Virus record (IMG/VR): IMGVR_UViG_3300030104_004723
Location: 1-52,768 of that record
Length of the DNA: 52,768 bases
From: a virus
Lineage: Duplodnaviria > Caudoviricetes
Reading direction: 5' to 3' (one strand)
Under the pieces are notes generated by a model. It did no database searches. It saw only the letters and a list, made by a program, of their open reading frames with translations, and was not told the origin of the DNA. Position numbers and translations under genes: made by a program. Positions 41,478 through 49,747 of the stretch are shown here, in pieces. Each line of letters begins with the position of its first letter. Within the stretch, counting starts at the first letter, position 1.

Positions 41478-41650
41478 TATAGACCTATCCTTGTTCTAAT
41501 TCTTTTAAACAAAGATTCCATTTCAGACATTCTTTGGTTAAGGTCTAGTATTATATCTTTTAAATCATGAGCAAGTTTAATAAACTCTTCATTTTTTTCT
41601 TGCTTTTTTACTTCTTTTTTGGTTGTTTTTTTCTGGGATACCATATCCAT
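41477..41650 (-). CDS. Small basic/coiled-coil protein (57 aa, or 55 aa from ATG 41644; not in the ORF track)
   Basis: MDMVSQKKTTKKEVKK...RIRTRIGL; SD AAGGAG; TAATG coupling to the histone-like gene. Confidence 0.55.
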   Translation of the reverse strand: MDMVSQKKTTKKEVKKQEKNEEFIKLAHDLKDIILDLNQRMSEMESLFKRIRTRIGL

Positions 41651-41762
41651 ACTCCTTCATTTGTTTTACTGATACACGTTTTATAGTTTCATTCATTAAA
41701 GCTTCAAAGCTTACTGGCTCTATAGCTTTTTCTTTATAGCCACATTTAGGACATTTTTTCAT
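41589..41762 (-). CDS. Small protein with CPKC motif (57 aa, not in the ORF track)
   Basis: MKKCPKCGYKEK...; GGAG upstream. Confidence 0.4.
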   Translation of the reverse strand: MKKCPKCGYKEKAIEPVSFEALMNETIKRVSVKQMKEYGYGIPEKNNQKRSKKARKK

Positions 41763-41779
41763 TATTACTCCATTTAAGT

Positions 41780-42061
41780 TTATACTGTAGCATCTTTTTC
41801 TTTCCGAACTTTTTTAGTTGATGCTCCATCATTCTTATCCAAATGTCCTTCTTTTCGTGCATTTTCTTCCTCCTCGCTTAATTTATGAAGATTTTTTTGT
41901 TTTTCTAAATAATTTTTAAAATCTGACTCATCACCTTTATATTTTATATAACTAGATAAAGCCACTCCTACGCTATCTAACATTCTCATTGTAAAATTAA
42001 GTTGAGAAGTTAGTATTTTTTGAGTTTCGTTTAACTCTTTTATTGTTGGTTTTTTTGCCAT
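41780..42061 (-). CDS. Hypothetical protein
   Basis: SD AAGGAG; 93 aa. Confidence 0.6.
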   Translation of the reverse strand: MAKKPTIKELNETQKILTSQLNFTMRMLDSVGVALSSYIKYKGDESDFKNYLEKQKNLHKLSEEEENARKEGHLDKNDGASTKKVRKEKDATV

Positions 42062-42081
42062 TCTATTCTCCTTATTGTTAT

Positions 42082-42115
42082 GAAAGCCTGCCCCCTAGAA
42101 AGGGAAGGGACAGGC
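42082..42115 (-). terminator. Intrinsic terminator-like hairpin
   Basis: Minus strand GCCTGTCCCT...GGGGGCAGGC followed by TTTC; G-U pairs valid on the - strand. Confidence 0.55.
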
Positions 42116-42140
42116 CTTCGCTTCGGCGTTCCTCCGTTAA

Positions 42141-42941
42141 TTAAGACGCTGCATTCAAGAATGTATCAGTTATACGCTGATTATGCTCGAATGACGCCAT
42201 AGTTGGTTTCTCATCATGCCATAGAACGTTAGTGCATGAATTGTAGAAATCCCATACTCTTGCTTCGTTATCATGAATTGCTTCTAGATTACTATGTAAG
42301 AAATTAGAACTAATTTTACCCCATAATGTTACAGGAATGTCATTTAATTCATGGTTTCTTATATTAGCTAGAGTGTTTAAATTGCATGGTGTTTCTACCA
42401 TTTTTCTCATTTTACTAACAACTGTTTCAATGTCTGGTCCACAATTGTCTACTACTTTTGCAGCTTTAATAATCTGCTCCTCATAATCTTCTGATGTTTT
42501 ATCGTGCTTAAACTTCATTAGATTCATGTAATCTTTTGTTATCATACCATTGGTACATAATAATCTTACGAGGAACGTTCTAAACTGCAGGGATGTAGAG
42601 CCATCATAGCTATTCCAAAAACCCATACCTAATGCAATATCATCACCTTCTGTTACTGCTACTTTATCTGATTTACATTGCATGAAATAACCGAATCTTC
42701 TACCATCAAAGAACTCTCTAGAGAATTCCCATTCCATGTTAGATTCTGTAGCTATTTGTTGAGCTAAGTCTCTTACATCAGCATTAGGAACAAGCAAGTA
42801 ATTACTTCCCACAACACCTGCTTCTTTCCATAGCTGTCTACCTTTATTATCTTCATGCTTTCTTTGCACTGCAAAAGCAGAAGACTGGATGCCTTCAAAA
42901 TCTAAAGGCACTTTTCTGATTTCTCCATAAGGATGTATCAT
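42141..42941 (-). CDS. DUF932-family protein
   Basis: GVVGSNYLLVPN, WNSYDGS, RLLCTNGM and WDFYNSCT motifs. Confidence 0.8.
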   Translation of the reverse strand: MIHPYGEIRKVPLDFEGIQSSAFAVQRKHEDNKGRQLWKEAGVVGSNYLLVPNADVRDLAQQIATESNMEWEFSREFFDGRRFGYFMQCKSDKVAVTEGDDIALGMGFWNSYDGSTSLQFRTFLVRLLCTNGMITKDYMNLMKFKHDKTSEDYEEQIIKAAKVVDNCGPDIETVVSKMRKMVETPCNLNTLANIRNHELNDIPVTLWGKISSNFLHSNLEAIHDNEARVWDFYNSCTNVLWHDEKPTMASFEHNQRITDTFLNAAS

Positions 42942-43426
42942 TTTAACCCCCTGACGTGTTTATTTTTCTTTAGTCTTACTCCTGGAATCTCTTTACCTTC
43001 TTTAAGTTCATCCAGCAGCCTTCTTTTATCCAGCCTGGTTTCAATCTTTTCAACATAATATTCTTGAGGTATTTTAGTTTCATCAATAATTTCAACTTTA
43101 CCCATTTCCATTATTTTAATTGGATTGAATTCATCATGTGCTGGAAGCTGTCCACTTACTTTATAAGATTCGATAACAAGACTCTTTAACTTTTCTTGAG
43201 TATATTTAAGCTTTTTCATTACTCCATCAGCTTTGTTTTTATACTCTTTAGCTAAAGCAATCTTGCTATCAATATTTTTATAAAACCAGTAAACACCATT
43301 TTCCTTCTCATGTAATTCAGTATGTAATGCATCTAGTTGTTCATCTATTTCTTGTTCAGAAAGTTCAAAACTATTTTGCACTAACATAATATCATTACTT
43401 ATTTGATTTAATGTTCTTTTAGACAT
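42938..43426 (-). CDS. Siphovirus Gp157-like protein
   Basis: Coiled coil followed by VEIIDETKIPQEY...LDKRRLLDELKEGKEIPGVRL. Confidence 0.8.
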   Translation of the reverse strand: MSKRTLNQISNDIMLVQNSFELSEQEIDEQLDALHTELHEKENGVYWFYKNIDSKIALAKEYKNKADGVMKKLKYTQEKLKSLVIESYKVSGQLPAHDEFNPIKIMEMGKVEIIDETKIPQEYYVEKIETRLDKRRLLDELKEGKEIPGVRLKKNKHVRGLK

Positions 43427-45170
43427 TCTTTTCTCCTGGTAATTCGATGTTTAAACCATTTACTTTAAGAAGAACATCAAGATGCCCTCTTTCTCTATTA
43501 GCTTCAGTCTTGATAATCATAGTACTTACGTTACCTTCATCGTCTTTAGCTGTTGTTAAAGAAAGAATCTTGCTTGCATTATATGCTATTCTAAATGAAC
43601 CTCTAACAGATGATATATTCATACCTTCTGTCATAGCTTGTTTAGTAATTTCACATATTGCAATAACTACAACGTTGTTTTTAATTGCTGCTTCTGTTAA
43701 AGCACCTGATATTTCTTCCATCTTTAGATTTAAGTCTCTATGTTTGGAAAGTAATAAACCCATATGGTCTACTACTACTATCTCTGGCTTATTAGGAAGA
43801 ATACTTAATTTCTTCTCTAATTCAACAGCAAAGCATGGCTGATAGTCCATACTCAACCACTTAAACTTATTAGCTAGTCTATAGTTATTACTAGCATAAT
43901 GTTGTTTTAGTTGTTCTTCAGTCCACTTCTCTTCAATTTGTATGAAACGTTGATATATTTGTCTTGGGCTCATTTCCATTTCTAAGAAATAAGTATTCTT
44001 TTTTAATGAATTAACCCAATTTTGTATCAACATAGTCTTCATAGATTTAGGTGGTGCTTGAATTACTACTAATTCTCCAGGATATACAGGAAAGTCCTTG
44101 CCATATAAGGCACCTAAATTAATAGGCTTCTGGTCTCCTTTAAGCCAGCTGATTAGATTGTCTTCCATATCATCTGCACTCATTATACCTTGAGATTTCT
44201 TAGCTTTAAATAATGTACAAGTTGAATTACAATGTTTGTCCATTACTTTATCATTACAACCATATCTATAACCTTGACCGTTATGTCCTTTATAACAATC
44301 ACTTATTAGTCTATGCATTTCATCTTCTTTAAAGGGATTCTCTAAAGTAGTTACTCTTTTTCTCCAATCTTCCATTATAATCCTTACTACGTGTTCAGGA
44401 TATCTCCATCTTAACCACGCACCCAGTCGCAATGCCGTTGCATGTCTTCCACCGTAGGAAGAGCCTTTAAGCATAGTCTGGATGCATGGATAAAGCATTG
44501 GGTCAGGTTCGCTACCTACAGTATCTTTATACTTATAAGTTTGCTTTTTAACCTCACGTTCTGTTACGTCAAATGCAGGCTCACATTGTAAGATTGGTAT
44601 TTTTTCTTGCCTTGGTTTGTTAGCTAGTGTCTGTATTCCTAAAGCACTAAGATTTTGTAACTCTTCATGTGTTATATACACTTTCCATAGCCTAGACTTG
44701 GAATTAAGAGTATTATTTAATCTTATTATTCTAGTTTTGTCAGTTACAGACACATCAGCATATTTATATATACCTTTTTTATCAAGCTCATCTTTAACAT
44801 TTAAATGTAAATTAACACTTGGTTTCCATTTAAAAGCTGTATCTGGTATACCTATGTGAAATCCTCTTCCGCTAAAATATATATTAGTAGGTACTTTAAG
44901 ACTTTCTAATACATTAACTAATTTAATAGTTTTATCTTGAGCTTCTTCAACTTCACTACCATCTACATCTAAGATGAATTCTCTTGGCATATATATTACT
45001 CCGTTAAAACCTGACAAAGTTTTATTCTTATCGAAGTATTTAATTACTGAATCATCGTAACCATATAAAGAGAGAAATGTATCCTTAGCAACATTTTCCC
45101 ATTTAACAGAATTGTCAGATGGAAAGAAATGATGCCTGTTTGATAGTCCGAATGCAAATTCTCTTATCAT
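43419..45170 (-). CDS. AEP primase(-polymerase) fused to a PriL-like domain and an SF4/DnaB-like helicase
   Basis: ILDVD, FSGRGFH and TRIIRL AEP motifs; YPC...YGC...HCNSTC cysteines; APPKSMKT, LEMEM, VVVDH and RGS helicase motifs. Confidence 0.85.
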   Translation of the reverse strand: MIREFAFGLSNRHHFFPSDNSVKWENVAKDTFLSLYGYDDSVIKYFDKNKTLSGFNGVIYMPREFILDVDGSEVEEAQDKTIKLVNVLESLKVPTNIYFSGRGFHIGIPDTAFKWKPSVNLHLNVKDELDKKGIYKYADVSVTDKTRIIRLNNTLNSKSRLWKVYITHEELQNLSALGIQTLANKPRQEKIPILQCEPAFDVTEREVKKQTYKYKDTVGSEPDPMLYPCIQTMLKGSSYGGRHATALRLGAWLRWRYPEHVVRIIMEDWRKRVTTLENPFKEDEMHRLISDCYKGHNGQGYRYGCNDKVMDKHCNSTCTLFKAKKSQGIMSADDMEDNLISWLKGDQKPINLGALYGKDFPVYPGELVVIQAPPKSMKTMLIQNWVNSLKKNTYFLEMEMSPRQIYQRFIQIEEKWTEEQLKQHYASNNYRLANKFKWLSMDYQPCFAVELEKKLSILPNKPEIVVVDHMGLLLSKHRDLNLKMEEISGALTEAAIKNNVVVIAICEITKQAMTEGMNISSVRGSFRIAYNASKILSLTTAKDDEGNVSTMIIKTEANRERGHLDVLLKVNGLNIELPGEKNV

Positions 45171-45190
45171 ATTTTCTCCTTATAAGTTAT

Positions 45191-45712
45191 TTACCAAGGT
45201 TGCTCTTCAGCACCTTCAGTTGTTGATGTTTCATTAGCTATACCATTAGCTTGATTACGACTAGTTTGATATTTTTCAGCAGACTCTTTAATTCTATTTA
45301 TTCTATTAGCATCAAAGTTATCTATGATATTTTCAAAAGGTGTAGCAGGTGCTACTTTTTGAGATATCTCTGAATAACCATTAGCTTTTTTATAGAATAA
45401 TACTTGAAGAGTTTTACCTTTTAATCCACTAGGAGAATCATCAAGTTTAGCAGCTACAGTACCATCATTATCCATTTCTTCTAAGATTTCTGGATTACAA
45501 TATCTTACCATATTAGATACACTAAACTCTTCACCTTCTCCGTTACGTGCTTCCCATACTCTGCATTTTAATGATTCAGAATAGTTTTCAAAGAATAAAT
45601 CAATATACTTACTTCCACTCCAATCACCTCTTTCAGCTTTAGCTATAGTTACAGTTTTCCAACCTTCTCCATATCCTCCACCACCTTCTTTTTTAGTTAC
45701 TACTATAGACAT
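45191..45712 (-). CDS. Single-stranded DNA-binding protein (phage OB-fold type)
   Basis: EGWKTVTIAKAE and LKGKTLQV strands; acidic tail ending EEQPW; lies between recombinase and primase. Confidence 0.7.
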   Translation of the reverse strand: MSIVVTKKEGGGGYGEGWKTVTIAKAERGDWSGSKYIDLFFENYSESLKCRVWEARNGEGEEFSVSNMVRYCNPEILEEMDNDGTVAAKLDDSPSGLKGKTLQVLFYKKANGYSEISQKVAPATPFENIIDNFDANRINRIKESAEKYQTSRNQANGIANETSTTEGAEEQPW

Positions 45713-45723
45713 ATTATGCCTCC

Positions 45724-46479
45724 TTATTTACTTGTATTTACTTTAGTTAAAGTCTTCAAACTCAGTGTTTTACCACTACCTGGCTCTCCTATTACTAGAA
45801 CCTTTGCTGATTCCCAACCTCTTTTATTTACAGCATCAAATACTATACTATAATCTTGGTCTATTTCAGCTTCTAATAATTGTGTTCTATCTTTAGCATG
45901 ACAGAAATGTTCGTCTCTTGCAGTTACCCACATATACTTACGAGTTCCATCTTTTGCTTTTCTTACTTTAGTATAAAACACAAAGTCAAACCATTTCCCT
46001 ACATCTACTTTAGTAGAACCTTCAATGTAAGGCATTACTCTTATTACACCATTTTCGTTGTCTTCTTGCATTTTAGAATGACAATTAACAACAAGACTAG
46101 CAGGTATAGCATTAGTAAATGAAAAGAAGTTATCTAGAGTTTCTTTAAGCTTACCCCATTGTTTTAACTGAAGCTGTTCTGCTTTACCTTTAAGTTCTCT
46201 AGCATATTTCTTAGCCATTTCACTAGCTGTATCTATAACCATACAATCTATTTCAACACCTTCTTTAGCTGTTATTTCAAAAGATGATTGTGTTACTGAT
46301 ACTCCACCTACTTTTATTTGTCTTTCGACTTTTTTACGTGACCAGAGTTGGCCTATAAAATTTCTAAAGGAAGTAAAGTCATTAAAGTTAAGTAAGGGTA
46401 ATCCAAACTTTTCTTCAATAGTAGCTTTACCTCCTATAGATTTATAGCCATTCTCAAGGTCGATTAACAATGTTTTCAT
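45724..46479 (-). CDS. Sak4-like/AAA_24 ssDNA-annealing ATPase, circularly permuted
   Basis: LLIDLENG, MVIDT (Walker B), NCH, WFDFVFY and AKDRT motifs; Walker A GEPGSGKT at the C-terminus (45766-45789). Confidence 0.85.
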   Translation of the reverse strand: MKTLLIDLENGYKSIGGKATIEEKFGLPLLNFNDFTSFRNFIGQLWSRKKVERQIKVGGVSVTQSSFEITAKEGVEIDCMVIDTASEMAKKYARELKGKAEQLQLKQWGKLKETLDNFFSFTNAIPASLVVNCHSKMQEDNENGVIRVMPYIEGSTKVDVGKWFDFVFYTKVRKAKDGTRKYMWVTARDEHFCHAKDRTQLLEAEIDQDYSIVFDAVNKRGWESAKVLVIGEPGSGKTLSLKTLTKVNTSK

Positions 46480-46508
46480 TATTATTCTCCTTAATTTGAC
46501 AGCATTGT

Positions 46509-46537
46509 AATTTACGATTTCTCAAACAATTATCAAA
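46509..46537 (-). promoter_or_regulatory. sigma70-like promoter TTTGAT-17-TAAATT for the replication operon
   Basis: Intergenic; similar to the two + strand promoters. Confidence 0.4.
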
Positions 46538-46552
46538 GATATAAAGCTAACT

Positions 46553-46795
46553 TTATTTATTAATTGAGTTATTATAGTCTTCGTACACACCTTCTTTAAG
46601 TGTATATCTTGCATAACCTGCCTTACCTTCTTTCTTTGATTCTATATTATAGTAAGGTTCATTATGCCTTAAGTTATGTATTATAGCACCAAGCCGCATA
46701 GATTGAAATAATTCATAAGCGTCCATTGGCGTTATGCTGCCATAAGTCTGGAGATACATTAATACCTTTTCTTGCTTACTCATTTTCTTAGCCAT
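46553..46795 (-). CDS. Winged helix-turn-helix DNA-binding protein (HTH_39-like)
   Basis: QEKVLMYLQTYGSITPMDAYELFQSMRLGAIIHNLR pattern. Confidence 0.8.
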   Translation of the reverse strand: MAKKMSKQEKVLMYLQTYGSITPMDAYELFQSMRLGAIIHNLRHNEPYYNIESKKEGKAGYARYTLKEGVYEDYNNSINK

Positions 46796-47304
46796 TACTT
46801 ACCTCCTAACAAAGGAACATTAGTACCCTTAAAGATTTTATTAAGAGCTTGAACAAGAGGTTCAGTTTCAGTCATACCCATAACAGTATCGATTGCAGCT
46901 GTTCTTTTATCTTCTAGCTGCTTTAATCTTTTACCTTTAGGTGTATTAATGAAATTATCTCTTGCTAGTGAATTACATATCTCTCTTAAAAACTTTTCAA
47001 CACCTTTACTATCATATGGTGGGCTCCAATAATTATTCTTACCTGGATATTCAGTCTTTTCATGTAATGCTTTACATATATTCTGCATTCTATCTCTTAC
47101 TTTATTCCATTTCTCTTCTGCAGATTCATAATCTTTGAATATTTTACCTAAGCCAGTCTCTTTTAAATAAGACTTGTATTGCTTGTTAGCTACTGTTTCT
47201 ATACCAGCAGCATGTACTTGTTCTAATATTGCAATTTCTTTATTGATTTCACCTTTAATCCTATCAATAAAATAATCACGTTGTTGTTTTGATAATGATT
47301 TCAT
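46795..47304 (-). CDS. Hypothetical helical protein
   Basis: SD AAGGAG; TAATG coupling. Confidence 0.6.
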   Translation of the reverse strand: MKSLSKQQRDYFIDRIKGEINKEIAILEQVHAAGIETVANKQYKSYLKETGLGKIFKDYESAEEKWNKVRDRMQNICKALHEKTEYPGKNNYWSPPYDSKGVEKFLREICNSLARDNFINTPKGKRLKQLEDKRTAAIDTVMGMTETEPLVQALNKIFKGTNVPLLGGK

Positions 47305-47606
47305 TATTCTGTCTCCTTAACTTTAGTTAACAATGATGGGCTACATCTCCATTTTACCCATGGTCTTCCTTCTTCTTTTACTCCTACGCTTTTACGATTA
47401 ACTTTTTCAATAATACCTGTGTAAGTTTCTTTACTTAAACCTACACCTTTAACCCAAGATACTTTTTCTCCTATTCTAAAGCCTTCTAAATCTTTAGCTT
47501 GCAAGTAATTTCTTCTATCTTGTATTGCATGTACTAATTCAGTTAATTGTTCTTGACTCATTCCTTTTACATCTTCTAATAAATCTAGAAAGTTATCTAC
47601 TCCCAT
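47304..47606 (-). CDS. Hypothetical protein with SH3-like C-terminal barrel
   Basis: FRIGEKVSW...GIIEKVNRKSVGV...WRCSPSLL; likely start 47606 after GGAGG. Confidence 0.6.
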   Translation of the reverse strand: MGVDNFLDLLEDVKGMSQEQLTELVHAIQDRRNYLQAKDLEGFRIGEKVSWVKGVGLSKETYTGIIEKVNRKSVGVKEEGRPWVKWRCSPSLLTKVKETE

Positions 47607-47760
47607 ACTTATCCTCCAATTCATCGTAGTCTTTTATTATTTTAATAAATTTATCTTTACTTAAACCTGTTGCTGCTCTTGCTCTAGGGTCAAACATGTT
47701 AAAAGCTCCTGATGTTTGAATAGTTACAAAAGCATTAAAGTCTTCTTTACTTATTTCCAT
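47593..47760 (-). CDS. Small protein (DUF5049-like SGAFNMFD motif)
   Basis: IQTSGAFNMFD; likely start 47760 after GGAGG. Confidence 0.55.
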   Translation of the reverse strand: MEISKEDFNAFVTIQTSGAFNMFDPRARAATGLSKDKFIKIIKDYDELEDKYGSR

Positions 47761-47924
47761 TATTCTTCCTCCCACATTAAGTTTACGTTATAAATTTCAG
47801 CTACTTTTTTTAATAATATAGTTGTATAATGTTTTTTATCTGAAGTCATTTCATCTACAAATCCATTTACAAATAAATAATCAATAGCCTCCATACAGTC
47901 TGATTTAGTTACTTTATTGTTCAT
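47760..47924 (-). CDS. Hypothetical protein (54 aa, not in the ORF track)
   Basis: MNNKVTKSDCMEAIDYLF...; SD AGGAG; TAATG coupling. Confidence 0.55.
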   Translation of the reverse strand: MNNKVTKSDCMEAIDYLFVNGFVDEMTSDKKHYTTILLKKVAEIYNVNLMWEEE

Positions 47925-48060
47925 CTTTTCTCCTGATTAATTTCCATTTACCTAATCTACATACGTTTGAATACATTTTAAAGATTACTGCTTGAGTGTC
48001 TAATTCGCCATCTTCCCACAAATCTTCTTCTGGTATTTCTTCCCAATTTTTAAGATTCAT
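47914..48060 (-). CDS. Hypothetical protein (48 aa, not in the ORF track)
   Basis: MNLKNWEEIPEEDLWEDGELD...; SD AAGGAG. Confidence 0.5.
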   Translation of the reverse strand: MNLKNWEEIPEEDLWEDGELDTQAVIFKMYSNVCRLGKWKLIRRKDEQ

Positions 48061-48083
48061 TTAATCTCCTTAATTAAAATTTA

Positions 48084-49101
48084 TGGGAGTGTCAATAGTG
48101 ATGCTAAACAAAGGGCGAAAGGAGACAGACCATGAAAGTCCATCAAAAACCCATAATACACCACGTCTGACCTCACGGTATCAGCTCTCCACTCCCAATT
48201 ATATACAAGCTTTTTTTTCGTTTAATAGTAGTGCCTCAAGGCTTTATCACTCCTAACAACGATTTAACGTTGCGGACTCGCTTTCGCTTCTTTTAGAGGT
48301 TCCTGGAATAAACTTAGTGTAACTTCTCAGGACTGCTACTAAACTAGTTACATACTTGTAATTATTATGAGAGAGACCACGCTTGAGGGTGATTAATCAG
48401 ATTACTGTAATTAACCTCTTAACGAATGGTGGTTTTTGCCGTAACTCTCTCAATTTTATATAAACCTACACTTTTTCCTCGATAGCTTCTGCTTACGGCG
48501 TAAACCGCCTATATCCACTATCTCCCTCCATCTCCTCGGTTTATATCTCATCCGACAAGTTATCACAGACTTATTTGTTTGCTTACCTTGTTTTATTACA
48601 GGGTCCATGGTTCATTACGGCAACAACCTGTAAATTTATGAGAGCCTCACATATTCCTTTGCCTTAGGAGGGCCTCTTAGCTATTTCCTAAGGACTTACA
48701 GGACCAGTTATTGGCTCTCAATTGTTTGCCTAACATCTGTGGACCTTGGTTAGGCGTTTTATAAATTAGCTACTATGTAGCATTGCATGTCCACCTGCTT
48801 TTATAATTATTCTAAATCTAAGGGACAGAACACTTATATGATGTCGAGTGTTATGTAGAAAGTAGGTGAGTAATCCTGTCCCTTTAAGTATATAATCATG
48901 TTCACAGCCAGTCTAGAAGGAATCAACTGTGAAGTTTGCCGTAATTAACGACATTAAAGACTGCTTAATAAGTACCGCCTTAATTGGCTAGTTTTATTAA
49001 GTTCTTCCTGTTTATAGTGTTGTGGCAGTTACTGAGAGGCATCCCTTGTATCCTAGGAGTACAATTCGTTCGCATCGCGGGTGCTTTGTCCAACTATAAA
49101 C
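48084..49101 (-). ncRNA. Tandem array of about 11 stem-closed structured RNA modules
   Basis: No ORF of 60 aa or more; consecutive 6-9 bp closing inverted repeats separated by AT-rich linkers; strand inferred from flanking genes. Confidence 0.6.
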
Positions 49102-49119
49102 TATTTTATGTGACGCTAA

Positions 49120-49263
49120 TCACACCGAATCTTGTTTTCTTTTTTCAGTAAAAGCAAGAATTATACTAGCAACGAGATGTCTTTCTTCCATAGTTAAAAA
49201 CCTATTATTAGTTTTCATTATATCAAAGAACTCCTTCTCGCCCATTATATCTGTGTCTACCAT
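49120..49263 (-). CDS. Hypothetical protein (47 aa, not in the ORF track)
   Basis: MVDTDIMGEKEFFDIMK...; SD GGAGG; overlaps the upstream stop. Confidence 0.45.
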   Translation of the reverse strand: MVDTDIMGEKEFFDIMKTNNRFLTMEERHLVASIILAFTEKRKQDSV

Positions 49264-49745
49264 ATTTCAAATCCTCCACTTTGTATACAGAAATCAGCGA
49301 AAGCTTTTACATTCTCTACATCAAATGGATATTTGTATTCTTTATCTTCTTGGTCTAACTCTACTTCTTTCTGATGTGCTGCAACTGTGCCATCTTCTAT
49401 TAATGATAAAAGTTGAACACCTAGTTTAGCTGCACTATCTGCATTTAATCCTTTACCATCATTATAATGACCTCCATTATGAATATCATCACTTATTAAA
49501 TCAGGACAATGGTAAGCACAGAAATCCCATAAGGGTCTCCACCACCAACAATTATTACGAAAGTATATACCTGGATTAGCTTTATTCCATTCATTATCTT
49601 CTTTCCAGTATTGTTCTTTCTCTTTATCCCAATTCTTGTCCTCTTCTCTTTCAGGCCAAGTCTTATCTTCCCATTTAGTTAGCATTGGAAAATCTTTCCT
49701 TGATTTATTTATTGTAGGGTCTAAACCCGATACATCCATTCCCAT
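49257..49745 (-). CDS. Hypothetical phage protein
   Basis: YFRNNCWWWRPLW and SGGFEIW motifs; SD AGGAG. Confidence 0.7.
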   Translation of the reverse strand: MGMDVSGLDPTINKSRKDFPMLTKWEDKTWPEREEDKNWDKEKEQYWKEDNEWNKANPGIYFRNNCWWWRPLWDFCAYHCPDLISDDIHNGGHYNDGKGLNADSAAKLGVQLLSLIEDGTVAAHQKEVELDQEDKEYKYPFDVENVKAFADFCIQSGGFEIW

Positions 49746-49747
49746 AA

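Noticed and set aside
48270-48335. Hammerhead ribozyme (CTGAGAA...GAAA on the - strand)
   Set aside because: The core would need CUGANGA and correctly placed stems; the sequence is CUGAGAA and the GAAA sits in a tetraloop
48084-49101. CRISPR array or mini-array interpretation of the modular region
   Set aside because: No direct repeat of constant sequence and no constant spacer length; the units are inverted-repeat-closed and heterogeneous
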